Virus record (IMG/VR): IMGVR_UViG_3300005836_000011
Span: 64,001 to 83,503 of that record
DNA: 19,503 nt
Source: a virus
Taxonomy: Duplodnaviria > Heunggongvirae > Uroviricota > Caudoviricetes
Direction: 5' to 3' (one strand)
The translations under genes were made by a program, and so were the position numbers. Under the pieces are notes generated by a model. It searched no databases. It saw only the letters and a program-made list of their open reading frames with translations, and was not told the origin of the DNA. This document shows, piece after piece, positions 7,495-15,380 of this stretch; the first letter of the stretch is position 1; the number at the start of each line of letters is the position of its first letter.

Positions 7495-7872
7495 ATGTCT
7501 GATTTCAAATGGCAAATGCAGGAAAGGATCGACGCCGGCATGAATCCTGACGCTGCCTACGAGGCCACGCGCGAGAGCTATCTCGACGCGGCCGATCAGA
7601 AGCGCAAGGAGGATAAGGAGACACCACGTGAGAGCCGCTTCACGAAGGGTCAGAAAGTCATGCGCTATCTCTCGTCAGCGCGTATCCCCATGCCCATGAT
7701 CGTCACGAACGTGCACGAAGGACTCGTCTCATGTGGCCCCTGGACTTTCGACGATGCATCGGGAATCGAGGAAGATCCCGAACTTGGTTGGGGAGCATCT
7801 TCAGGCATCACTGGTTCGTGGATCGAGGAGATCAGCGAAGCCGAGTGGGAAGCACAGCGGGTAAAGACATGA
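7495..7872 (+). CDS. Hypothetical protein (125 aa)
   Basis: GAAAGGA RBS, ATG start. Confidence 0.8.
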   Translation: MSDFKWQMQERIDAGMNPDAAYEATRESYLDAADQKRKEDKETPRESRFTKGQKVMRYLSSARIPMPMIVTNVHEGLVSCGPWTFDDASGIEEDPELGWGASSGITGSWIEEISEAEWEAQRVKT

Positions 7873-8099
7873 AGCCGTACCGCACTTTCGCACCAGCGCG
7901 CGGAATCCCTGTCGTAGGACGGGGATCTCGGTCTGCTATGCCCGGATCCGATCCTCTGGCTGCAATCATCGCAAAGGAGAATCGCGGCCGGCTTCATCTT
8001 CGTGCACATGCACCGGAGCCACTTGAGCCTCCCCAACCCACTACGTCACCCGTGCGCCGTCGTTTAGGGAGGCGCGTGGTGAATCAACGGCACTTGTGA
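7869..8099 (+). CDS. Hypothetical basic/Pro-rich protein (76 aa)
   Basis: ATGA overlap upstream and GTGA overlap downstream. Confidence 0.6.
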   Translation: MKPYRTFAPARGIPVVGRGSRSAMPGSDPLAAIIAKENRGRLHLRAHAPEPLEPPQPTTSPVRRRLGRRVVNQRHL

Positions 8100-8314
8100 T
8101 GGATTGTTTGTATCAACAGCAAAAAAGGAAGGCCTACCGATTCCTGCACAACGAGTCAGACGAATCTCTGCTGAAGAGACGCAGGCAGCATGAGGAGGAG
8201 TGTGAACAAGGATATTATGGGGATGCTGGAACGCTTGCACGAGGGAGACGACTTATCTGGATGCGCACAACTCGTATGGAAATCGCGGCTAGGAACCTAG
8301 AAAGGGGTTTCTAA
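8096..8314 (+). CDS. Small protein of the E[AIL]xxR(G)L family (72 aa)
   Basis: GTGA coupling; C-terminus WMRTTRMEIAARNL; reads through dyad site 8288. Confidence 0.7.
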   Translation: MMDCLYQQQKRKAYRFLHNESDESLLKRRRQHEEECEQGYYGDAGTLARGRRLIWMRTTRMEIAARNLERGF

Positions 8315-8776
8315 ATGAGCAAGCTTGCACTACCGTGCATCAAGTGCGGAAAACCTTTGCGCAACTGCGACGAGGACATAGACAACCAACCATCCGGCGG
8401 AACGGAGTTCACAACTTACGGACACTACGGTTCCACCATTCATGATGAAGTGATGTTCCTCTACGAGGGGGCTGAGAAGGAGAATCTTCTTGAACTCGTC
8501 GTGAACATCTGCGATACGTGCATCCTGCGAGCAATCGACGCTGGCATAATCCAGTCCCGATCCAAGGAGGTCATACTTAGCCGGCATCCTGTCACGCCTG
8601 AATCTCGAGCATGGGTGCTCGCGCAGAACGAGAAGCAGTACGGCTCTGCCTGGGGAGATGATGAGCCGGTCGATTACGACGCCGAGATGCTCAAAGCGGG
8701 CTGGTCTGAGGAGTTGATAGGAGATGACGAGGTGCGCGAAGCGCATGTCTTTCCTGATGATGAGCTAAGAACTTAG
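8315..8776 (+). CDS. Zinc-finger-containing protein (153 aa), ends LRT* within dyad site
   Basis: CIKC and CDTC pairs; TAAATG junction. Confidence 0.8.
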   Translation: MSKLALPCIKCGKPLRNCDEDIDNQPSGGTEFTTYGHYGSTIHDEVMFLYEGAEKENLLELVVNICDTCILRAIDAGIIQSRSKEVILSRHPVTPESRAWVLAQNEKQYGSAWGDDEPVDYDAEMLKAGWSEELIGDDEVREAHVFPDDELRT

Positions 8777-8791
8777 AAGGGAGCAGAAAAG

Positions 8792-8899
8792 ATGTTTCGT
8801 AACTTTTCTTTGGGCGTTCTTTTCGGCGCCCTCATTATCTTCGCCCCAACTTGGGCAATCATCGTTTTCATTGCCTATCTACTGTTGCCAAGATCATGA
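8792..8899 (+). CDS. Small membrane peptide (35 aa, MFRNFSLGVLFGALIIFAPTWAIIVFIAYLLLPRS)
   Basis: Not in ORF track; GAAGGGAG RBS; ATGA overlap with next gene. Confidence 0.7.
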   Translation: MFRNFSLGVLFGALIIFAPTWAIIVFIAYLLLPRS

Positions 8900-9282
8900 C
8901 TGGACATACGCCTTGGAGCGAAATCAAGCACAAGCGGGATGATCCGGCAGACGACGTGCGGATCGTGCGGGGGACACTGTTGATAGATGGGTATGCGAAT
9001 CGGGACGCCCTCGCCGCCCTTGCTCGCCTGGAAGCTCGCATCGCGGAGTTGGAACGGATCGCACCTATTGGTCAAGAAAGCGAAATGGAACGAGCGCAAC
9101 GCAAACGCGCTGAAGCCGCCGAAGCCCGCGTGCGCGAACTTGAAGCGGCGCTGGAGATTATCGCCACTACGACTTATCCCGCCATCTACATCGGTAGACG
9201 CGACGATGGAACAGAGATGTACGGCGGCAGCGATGACGCCTCACGATTCGCCCGCGCCGCACTCAAGCAAGCCGAGGAGTGA
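8896..9282 (+). CDS. Hypothetical protein with coiled coil (128 aa)
   Basis: ATG 8896 in frame with ORF 8851..9282; coupled on both sides. Confidence 0.75.
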   Translation: MTGHTPWSEIKHKRDDPADDVRIVRGTLLIDGYANRDALAALARLEARIAELERIAPIGQESEMERAQRKRAEAAEARVRELEAALEIIATTTYPAIYIGRRDDGTEMYGGSDDASRFARAALKQAEE

Positions 9283-9656
9283 GCGTGACTCCCATCTTCA
9301 TGGTTGCCCTACTCATCTATCTCGTCGTGGCGTCATACGTCGCGCATGAGTACGGACACGCGTTCACGGCCAAGGCGCTGGGCGGGAAGCTGCACGGCTG
9401 GCGCTTCTACTGGTATGCAGTCGGGTACGCCATCGAAGTGCCGAGTGGAAACCGTCTACGTCTAACTGCGCTTGGAGGGATAGTTGTCACGCTGGCGTTA
9501 GCTGGCGTGGGATGGATGCTGACGCCGGCGTGGTGGGCGGTGTGCCTGATGGTATTCAACCTGGCACTTGCATTTTGCAATCTCATCCCTGTTCCCGGCA
9601 CGGACGGATGGATCATCCTCAAAGGCAAGGCAACATCTAGGAACTTAGAACCCTGA
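9279..9656 (+). CDS. Minimal site-2 protease-like (peptidase M50) membrane metalloprotease (125 aa)
   Basis: HEYGH within a hydrophobic helix and NLIPVPGTDG (NxxPxxxxDG); several hydrophobic segments. Confidence 0.85.
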   Translation: MSVTPIFMVALLIYLVVASYVAHEYGHAFTAKALGGKLHGWRFYWYAVGYAIEVPSGNRLRLTALGGIVVTLALAGVGWMLTPAWWAVCLMVFNLALAFCNLIPVPGTDGWIILKGKATSRNLEP

Positions 9657-9671
9657 AAGGGGGGGTCGGAA

Positions 9672-9896
9672 ATGGAAGTCACTGACGCGTATCAGGAGTA
9701 CCTTTGTGCCAAGCATGAAGTTGCTCCAGAGGACAAGATCGCGCAACTAACGCTGCCCGTTTCACATATGGCAGCGATCGCCAACGTGATCTTGGAAGCA
9801 CTCGATGGGGCGGAGGGCAAATTGAGCGCCCCCACCATGCGTAAGTGGGATTCGATCATGCGCTCTATAGCGAAGGCGATTGAGGGGGCGGTGTGA
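9672..9896 (+). CDS. Hypothetical protein (74 aa)
   Basis: GAAAGGGG RBS after dyad site 9636. Confidence 0.75.
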   Translation: MEVTDAYQEYLCAKHEVAPEDKIAQLTLPVSHMAAIANVILEALDGAEGKLSAPTMRKWDSIMRSIAKAIEGAV

Positions 9897-10114
9897 TGCG
9901 AGAAGCCGTAGTGGGTGATCGCATCGAACTCGACTTCATGCTCAATGATCCCGCCCCTATCGAAACAGGTGCACGAGGAACGATCAGGCGTATTCAAGCT
10001 CTTGACTGGGCTAAATGCATACAGATCGACGTTGAGTGGGACAACGGACGAACGTTGTTCCTGTGCTGTCCTCCCGACAAGTACCACATCATCCAAAGGG
10101 AGGTGAAGTGGTGA
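9893..10114 (+). CDS. DUF4314-like small beta-barrel protein (73 aa)
   Basis: Pattern GDRIEL..M.NDP.PI..GARGT...QIDVEWDNGRTL resembles DUF4314 (recognised by eye). Confidence 0.65.
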   Translation: MMREAVVGDRIELDFMLNDPAPIETGARGTIRRIQALDWAKCIQIDVEWDNGRTLFLCCPPDKYHIIQREVKW

Positions 10115-10488
10115 TGGATGCTGCAGATATTGCAAGTCTGCAGAAGCTAGACAAAGAACTTCCCGACGGTCGCTACTTCGATATCACTGGCAAGCCCATC
10201 CTGTTTTCTGAATGGGCAATCCGTTTCGAGGACAAGAGATACCAGGTCATAATCCAGGAGGACAAGGGGAAAGTCCTGGTTTCGACAGTATGGCTTGGCA
10301 TGGATCACGGTTGGGGAAGATCCGCGCCGATCATCTTCGAGACCATGATCTTTGGTGGCTACTACGACCAGTACCAAGAACGAGCTTCAACGCTCGAGGG
10401 TGCGTTGGCGTGCCACATTCAAGCGCGCAGGCTTGCATTCAGCTGGCGAGCGCGCTTCCTGGGCCTGCTGCGTAGGAGACGGAGATGA
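10114..10488 (+). CDS. Conserved phage-type hypothetical protein (124 aa)
   Basis: GGAGGTG RBS; VSTVWLGMDH...IFETMIFGG pattern recalled from phage hypothetical proteins. Confidence 0.75.
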   Translation: MDAADIASLQKLDKELPDGRYFDITGKPILFSEWAIRFEDKRYQVIIQEDKGKVLVSTVWLGMDHGWGRSAPIIFETMIFGGYYDQYQERASTLEGALACHIQARRLAFSWRARFLGLLRRRRR

Positions 10489-10685
10489 AGACCTGCGAGG
10501 GATCCTTGGCGAGCGATCAACGTTGCATCATCGCTTTCGATGACGCTCAAATCGTGGAGGGCGTTACGAAGCATGCCGATCCTGAGTGGTGGAAAGAAAT
10601 TCGCAATGGCGCCTACAACATCGCTTATCTGCGACGTTGGGGCACGCAACTCAGACGCGAAGCACGAAGGCGAGGAATCTTGTGA
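10485..10685 (+). CDS. Small protein of the E[AIL]xxRG[LI] family (66 aa)
   Basis: ATGA overlap; WGTQLRREARRRGI. Confidence 0.75.
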   Translation: MKTCEGSLASDQRCIIAFDDAQIVEGVTKHADPEWWKEIRNGAYNIAYLRRWGTQLRREARRRGIL

Positions 10686-10873
10686 GCGAGAAATCCAAAC
10701 TCAACCTGGAGATAAATCAGCTTCGGCTAGAAGTAGCCCAGGCTGCCGGAAAGCTTCGCGCGGCGTACAACCACGAGGACTGGACAACTTTCCATTTGCA
10801 ACTCGGGATGCTGCAAGGTCTTGGCATGCGCGTGTATGAGGCGAATGCAAAACTCGACCGTCTAGGAACCTAG
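10682..10873 (+). CDS. Hypothetical helical protein (63 aa), ends RLGT* within dyad site
   Basis: GTGA overlap; in frame with ORF 10586..10873. Confidence 0.75.
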   Translation: MSEKSKLNLEINQLRLEVAQAAGKLRAAYNHEDWTTFHLQLGMLQGLGMRVYEANAKLDRLGT

Positions 10874-10888
10874 AGAAAGGAGGTTCAA

Positions 10889-11149
10889 TTGCCCGAAAGG
10901 CGGTATACGCCCGAAGAATCCTCTCGGTTTCATGATCTACGTCATAGTTCCTACTCGATCGGCAGGAAAAGACAGGAAGAAGCTGCTCGAAAGGAAACTG
11001 ATTTGGACCTCCACCAACAGTTGGCTAAATACGTAGACAAAAGTGATGAGTGGTTTAGTAGAAGAACCCTAGCTCGCGTGAAGAGGCGGGTCTATATTCA
11101 AGAGGCTCTCCGGCGTGGCCTAATTCTTCCGAAAGGAGTGAGTAAATGA
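10889..11149 (+). CDS. Small protein of the E[AIL]xxRG[LI] family (86 aa)
   Basis: GAAAGGAGG RBS, TTG start; VYIQEALRRGL. Confidence 0.75.
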   Translation: MPERRYTPEESSRFHDLRHSSYSIGRKRQEEAARKETDLDLHQQLAKYVDKSDEWFSRRTLARVKRRVYIQEALRRGLILPKGVSK

Positions 11150-11562
11150 ACGAGCCAACAGCCCAGGATCTTGCGCGGTGGGCGAAATGGGACGATCTAC
11201 GCGCCCGTGAAGCCGCGGCTACGAGTGACGAGGAACGTGCTGCTCTTGTAATCGAGCGAGACAAACTTGATGCTGAGAGCATCAAGGAGATGCTGCTCCA
11301 GGAAATGGATACGGAGCCTCAGTGGTACTGGCTCTCGTTTCGAGACCCCGATACCAACACCAATCTCGGAGTTGCCATCGTCGAAGGAGGAGGGATCGTC
11401 GAAGCATCACTTAACGCCAAGCTCGCCAAGTGCAATCCCGGAGGAGAAATCCTGGGCTATGTACTTGACTCCGAGAACTTGCCGCCGGAAGAACTGCGCT
11501 ATCGCCTGCTCTCGGAGCAGGAACTCGAAGACGCTGGTCTCTTGGCTACCGATTCTGCTTAG
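11146..11562 (+). CDS. Hypothetical acidic protein (138 aa)
   Basis: AAGGAG RBS, ATGA overlap. Confidence 0.8.
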   Translation: MNEPTAQDLARWAKWDDLRAREAAATSDEERAALVIERDKLDAESIKEMLLQEMDTEPQWYWLSFRDPDTNTNLGVAIVEGGGIVEASLNAKLAKCNPGGEILGYVLDSENLPPEELRYRLLSEQELEDAGLLATDSA

Positions 11563-11582
11563 AGCCTGAAACCTGCTAAGAT
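11554..11582 (+). promoter_or_regulatory. Putative extended -10 promoter P3
   Basis: CTGCTTA-N9-ACCTGC-TAAGAT; aligns without gaps to P1. Confidence 0.6.
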
Positions 11583-11694
11583 ATAGTTAGTGCCCTTTGC
11601 GGGCACTCTCTGCGTTTATCCACACCCTGCGTCTAAGAACTTAGACGCCAACCCGATAAGGAAGGGCGTGATGAGTAACGCTGAGTATTAGGCC

Positions 11695-11910
11695 ATGTCG
11701 CACGCCCTGGAAAGGGGGTCGCCATTGTCCAGAAGCCCAGACAAGAAGCTCGACAATGTCGGCTGGTGCGAGCGTTGTCTGCGTCCATTCGATCGTCCAA
11801 CACCCTCCAAGCTCGGAGGGTGGAAGGTGTGCGACGACTGTATGGCTCACAACACGAGCGCTCGTGCACGTCGCAGAAAGGAGAGAAGCCTGGCTCACAA
11901 AACGAAGTAA
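11695..11910 (+). CDS. Small zinc-finger protein (71 aa; an RBS-linked in-frame start at 11671 is interrupted by TAG 11689-11691)
   Basis: CERC...CDDC; similar to 5673..5885. Confidence 0.7.
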   Translation: MSHALERGSPLSRSPDKKLDNVGWCERCLRPFDRPTPSKLGGWKVCDDCMAHNTSARARRRKERSLAHKTK

Positions 11911-11952
11911 CTGATCTAGGAACCTAGACCAACAAATCCGAAAGGACATAAG

Positions 11953-12954
11953 TTGACTCAGATTATGGATTGGAACATCATCGAGGCTATCGAGCGGGGC
12001 GCGTATCGCGTTCTCTTGTACGGGCCTCCGGGAACGGGCAAGACGACCAGTGCATACAACGCAGCGAAAAAGCTCGGCAAGAGCGTCTACAACATCACGC
12101 TCTCGGACGAAACTCCTGCCGCCGAGTTGCGCGGTCACTTCATCCCAATGGGATCGGAGTGGAAGTGGATGCATGGTCCTGCGGTGCGCGCATACCTGGA
12201 AGGCGCCGTGCTGCTCTTGGATGAGATCGACAAGGCCTCGCAGGATGCGCTCGACTTCCTGCACGGTCTGCTCAACGACCCCGATGTGGCGCGTCTCACG
12301 CTTCCGAATGGCGAGACGATCACTCCCGCACCGGGCTTCCAGGTCATCGCCACGATGAACGGAGAACTCGACGACCTGCAGCCCGCTCTGCAGGATCGGT
12401 TTGCCATCGCCATCGAGGTGCGTAAGCCCCATCCTGACGCCATCAAGGCGCTCCCTGCCGATCTGCAGAGTGCAGCCAAGACGGTCGAGGACTACGAGAA
12501 CGCAGAGAGGCCGGCCACGCTCAGGCGCTGGGCGGCTTTCGCACTTCTGCGGGAGTTGGAGGAAGTCGGTCCTCAGAATGCGGCCAAGGCCGTGTTCGCG
12601 CACCGCGCAGGGGAACTGTTGGACGCCATCTCCTTCAAGGCCACCAAGGGTGGAGTGGCGACGAAGAGCAAGACCGCCAAGCGTGCCAAGAGCAAGCCCG
12701 CCACCGCTGCCATGAAGGCGAAGGCCAGGGTTATTCGCGGCGAGGAAGGATTCTGCACTTGCGAGGACTGCGTGGAGGGCCGTGCGTGGGATTGGGCTGG
12801 CCATACGTACAACATCTCCGTGATCGAGGAGAACGATGGCGTGTACGAGTGCCCACAGTGTGGCGAAGAGCACCCCGGAACGCTCGAGGCGCTCACGTGC
12901 TGCTTCCAGGAGGATCGCTGGCTCATCGAGGGACGTAAGCTCGGGTTGGTCTAG
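11953..12954 (+). CDS. MoxR/CbbQ/CobS-like AAA+ ATPase (AAA_5 type) with Cys-rich C-terminal extension (333 aa)
   Basis: Walker A GPPGTGKT, Walker B LLLDEID, sensor-1 IATMN, Arg-finger ALQDRF; GAAAGGA RBS, TTG start. Confidence 0.92.
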   Translation: MTQIMDWNIIEAIERGAYRVLLYGPPGTGKTTSAYNAAKKLGKSVYNITLSDETPAAELRGHFIPMGSEWKWMHGPAVRAYLEGAVLLLDEIDKASQDALDFLHGLLNDPDVARLTLPNGETITPAPGFQVIATMNGELDDLQPALQDRFAIAIEVRKPHPDAIKALPADLQSAAKTVEDYENAERPATLRRWAAFALLRELEEVGPQNAAKAVFAHRAGELLDAISFKATKGGVATKSKTAKRAKSKPATAAMKAKARVIRGEEGFCTCEDCVEGRAWDWAGHTYNISVIEENDGVYECPQCGEEHPGTLEALTCCFQEDRWLIEGRKLGLV

Positions 12955-12956
12955 TC

Positions 12957-13208
12957 ATGGACTGCCGAGCACCATCAGCGAAAACATGGCGTCTGAACTG
13001 TCCAGACTGGAGCGATGACTACGCCGTCCAGGAACTTCGTCGAGCATGGGATCGACTGGAAGGCGGAAAACCGTGGCATCAAGGCCCTCCTTACAACACC
13101 ACCCATCACGACTGGACAAACTTCCGAGCCTCCACGCTGAGGGAGGCACGCAAACGCGGGCTTGACCTCTCGGTCACCGGAAAGGCCGCGCATAAGGGTA
13201 GGAGGTGA
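12957..13208 (+). CDS. Small protein of the E[AIL]xxRG[LI] family (83 aa)
   Basis: DWTNFRASTLREARKRGLDLSVT; tandem paralog of next gene. Confidence 0.8.
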   Translation: MDCRAPSAKTWRLNCPDWSDDYAVQELRRAWDRLEGGKPWHQGPPYNTTHHDWTNFRASTLREARKRGLDLSVTGKAAHKGRR

Positions 13209-13212
13209 GTGC

Positions 13213-13431
13213 ATGGAATGCAGATCACCATGCCTCGAAGAACATCGTGAGAACATGGAAAACTACGCTGATGAGGACGTCCTCGACGAACTCGAACGTG
13301 CCTGGGAGCATCCTCGTAGGGAAGAAACAGGCGACTGGCAGAGGCAGGACTGGTCGACGTTCCGTGCAATCACGCTACGCGAGGCACGTAGACGCGGACT
13401 CGACCTTTCGGTAACGAAGGCACGCCGATGA
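13213..13431 (+). CDS. Small protein of the E[AIL]xxRG[LI] family (72 aa)
   Basis: AGGAGGTG RBS, ATG 13213 in frame with ORF 13162..13431; DWSTFRAITLREARRRGLDLSVT. Confidence 0.8.
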   Translation: MECRSPCLEEHRENMENYADEDVLDELERAWEHPRREETGDWQRQDWSTFRAITLREARRRGLDLSVTKARR

Positions 13432-13622
13432 GCGAACCTCGCCATAAGGTCATGTCTGCTGCAATCCATACCAATCTACGCGTTTGGAGTAACTACTTGC
13501 GCGAGGCCCAGAACTCCTTAATAACGGCCTGCCTAAGAGAGGTGTATCCCGCAGATGCTTACCACGACCTGTGGAGGAGACTCGTAAGGCAGGAGGCAGC
13601 TAGACGAAAGCTAGGAACCTAG
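13428..13622 (+). CDS. Small protein of the E[AIL]xxR family (64 aa), ends KLGT* within dyad site
   Basis: ATGA overlap; WRRLVRQEAARRKL. Confidence 0.75.
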   Translation: MSEPRHKVMSAAIHTNLRVWSNYLREAQNSLITACLREVYPADAYHDLWRRLVRQEAARRKLGT

Positions 13623-13832
13623 ATGGCATGCCTAGGCAGGTATATCGGGAATTATCGGAATGGTGTTTCCGTAAAGACCGACAAAATCCTGCTTCTCAAT
13701 GCGAAGGGTCTCACGGATGACGGTAAAGGCTACTGGTACATACACACCAGACCAGAGTTGCGCTTGTACATGCGACTCGTGAGGCAGGAAATTCATCGAC
13801 GTGGACTCAAAGTTCCGACGCTAGGAACTTAG
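13623..13832 (+). CDS. Small protein of the E[AIL]xxRG[LI] family (69 aa), ends TLGT* within dyad site
   Basis: TAGATG junction; YMRLVRQEIHRRGL. Confidence 0.75.
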   Translation: MACLGRYIGNYRNGVSVKTDKILLLNAKGLTDDGKGYWYIHTRPELRLYMRLVRQEIHRRGLKVPTLGT

Positions 13833-13843
13833 AAGGAGGTTCA

Positions 13844-15340
13844 ATGGCAACCCGCAGAGGAAAAAAGCAACCCGCGACGATCCTGGGAGGAACTCCCGTT
13901 GGGAAGAAGGTCCCTCACAAGGTACGTCCGTTCCCTGAGATCATCGACGAAACCGATTGGGAAGTGCGCGAGGGTCGTTACCCATCGTTCATCAAGCGTT
14001 CAGAAGTTGCGGAGAGGCCGCACATCATGCAGGTGCCGCTCGGGGAGACGCCGATTGATCGCAAGATTCGGCTTCACGAGCAGGCGCACGTTGCCTGGAC
14101 GCCACCAATCCGTGAGGATGATGAGCGTCTGTGGAGTCTGGGTGAAATCGACACACTCAACGCAACCGAAGATGCGCGCATCATCGAACTGATGAATCGC
14201 ACAAATCCCGAGTGGAGGAAGCTCAACGAGAAGGAGGTGGGACTACTCACACCACAAATGCAGTCGGCATTCCAGGATGGCTTTTCTCGTCTGGCGGCAC
14301 ATCTGCGTGGAGAGAAGAAGAAGGAAGTACCGAAGGGCAAGCTGGCCCCCAAGGATATGAACCTCGTGGAGGCTGCGCGTTTGATCGCCTCAACGCGTGG
14401 CTATGCCGAGGGGCACATCTTCGATCAGATCGCTGCAAGCTCAGACCTTGCATGGGTGACGAGCGAAGTCGAGAAGATGCACGATGCGTACATTGCATCC
14501 AATCCCGAGCCAACTTTCGATGATGCTATCGGGTACGCCGAGGAGCTGGAGCAGTACTTCTACCGAAAGCAGGAGCAGATCGAGGAAGAGAATGCGGCGC
14601 TCGCAGAATCTGGCATGGAGCGATGGGGAGGCGATTCCACGAAGGAAGGAAAGCCTGTCTTCACTCCCCCCACGATCGAAAAGGGCAAGTACAAGCCCTC
14701 GGAAGCTCGCGATGGCTTCGGTAAGAAGCCGAAGCGCACGCGGTACGGAGAGGCTCGCTGGGGCCAGCTCACTATCGTGCAGCAGCCTCTTGTGGACAAA
14801 CTCGCCGCACGTGAGGCGCGCAGGGTCCGTCCATCTGATATGGGTGCTGTCCCTCGTTACATGCACCGACTTCTCACCGACCAGCGCGTCTTTGGCCGCA
14901 GGCGTAAGAAGAAGGCATTTGAGGGAACGGTGCTGATCGACTGCTCTGGCTCTATGCATCTCACGGCCGATATGGTTGATGAGATCCTCAGACGTTGGCC
15001 CGCTGTCACAGTGGCGACGTATGCGGGAATGGGCGAAACCGGCCAGATGTGGATCATCGCCAAGAAAGGCAAGCGAGCAAGTAAGGACAGGATCAAGCCA
15101 CCCGGCGGCGGGAACGTTGTGGACGGCCCCTGCCTGGATTGGCTCGCCAAGCAGCGTATGCCGCGCGTGTGGATCTCGGACGGAGGAGTCACTGGCATCG
15201 GGGACGGTGCCCACATCGACTTCGTCAAGGATGCCGCCGTCAAGATGAAGCGCGGAAACATCAAGCGTCTCGGAAATGCACAAGCCCTTCTTCGCGGAGG
15301 AGGATCCGAGGAGTACAGCGACTATGCCGAGCGTTACTAA
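13844..15340 (+). CDS. VWA-domain protein with N-terminal HExxH metallopeptidase-like motif (CobT/DUF2201-like architecture, 498 aa)
   Basis: IRLHEQAH near the N-terminus; VLIDCSGSM (MIDAS DxSxS); GAAGGAGGT RBS; near a MoxR-type ATPase. Confidence 0.85.
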   Translation: MATRRGKKQPATILGGTPVGKKVPHKVRPFPEIIDETDWEVREGRYPSFIKRSEVAERPHIMQVPLGETPIDRKIRLHEQAHVAWTPPIREDDERLWSLGEIDTLNATEDARIIELMNRTNPEWRKLNEKEVGLLTPQMQSAFQDGFSRLAAHLRGEKKKEVPKGKLAPKDMNLVEAARLIASTRGYAEGHIFDQIAASSDLAWVTSEVEKMHDAYIASNPEPTFDDAIGYAEELEQYFYRKQEQIEEENAALAESGMERWGGDSTKEGKPVFTPPTIEKGKYKPSEARDGFGKKPKRTRYGEARWGQLTIVQQPLVDKLAAREARRVRPSDMGAVPRYMHRLLTDQRVFGRRRKKKAFEGTVLIDCSGSMHLTADMVDEILRRWPAVTVATYAGMGETGQMWIIAKKGKRASKDRIKPPGGGNVVDGPCLDWLAKQRMPRVWISDGGVTGIGDGAHIDFVKDAAVKMKRGNIKRLGNAQALLRGGGSEEYSDYAERY

Positions 15341-15380
15341 CCAGAGTCTAGGAACCTAGACAGGAAAGGAGAACCTCTCT

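Noticed and set aside
11689-11691. Genome-wide TAG recoding
   Set aside because: TAG acts as a true stop for many genes that are directly followed by an RBS and a new start (e.g. 3016, 10873, 13832)
11641-12873. 410-aa - strand ORF
   Set aside because: Antisense shadow of the AAA+ ATPase and zinc-finger genes; no motif or RBS
14441-15283. 280-aa - strand ORF
   Set aside because: Antisense shadow of the VWA gene
11953-15340. Cobaltochelatase cobS/cobT with a role in B12 synthesis
   Set aside because: No cobN or other cobalamin genes; the motifs support only a general MoxR-type AAA+/VWA pair
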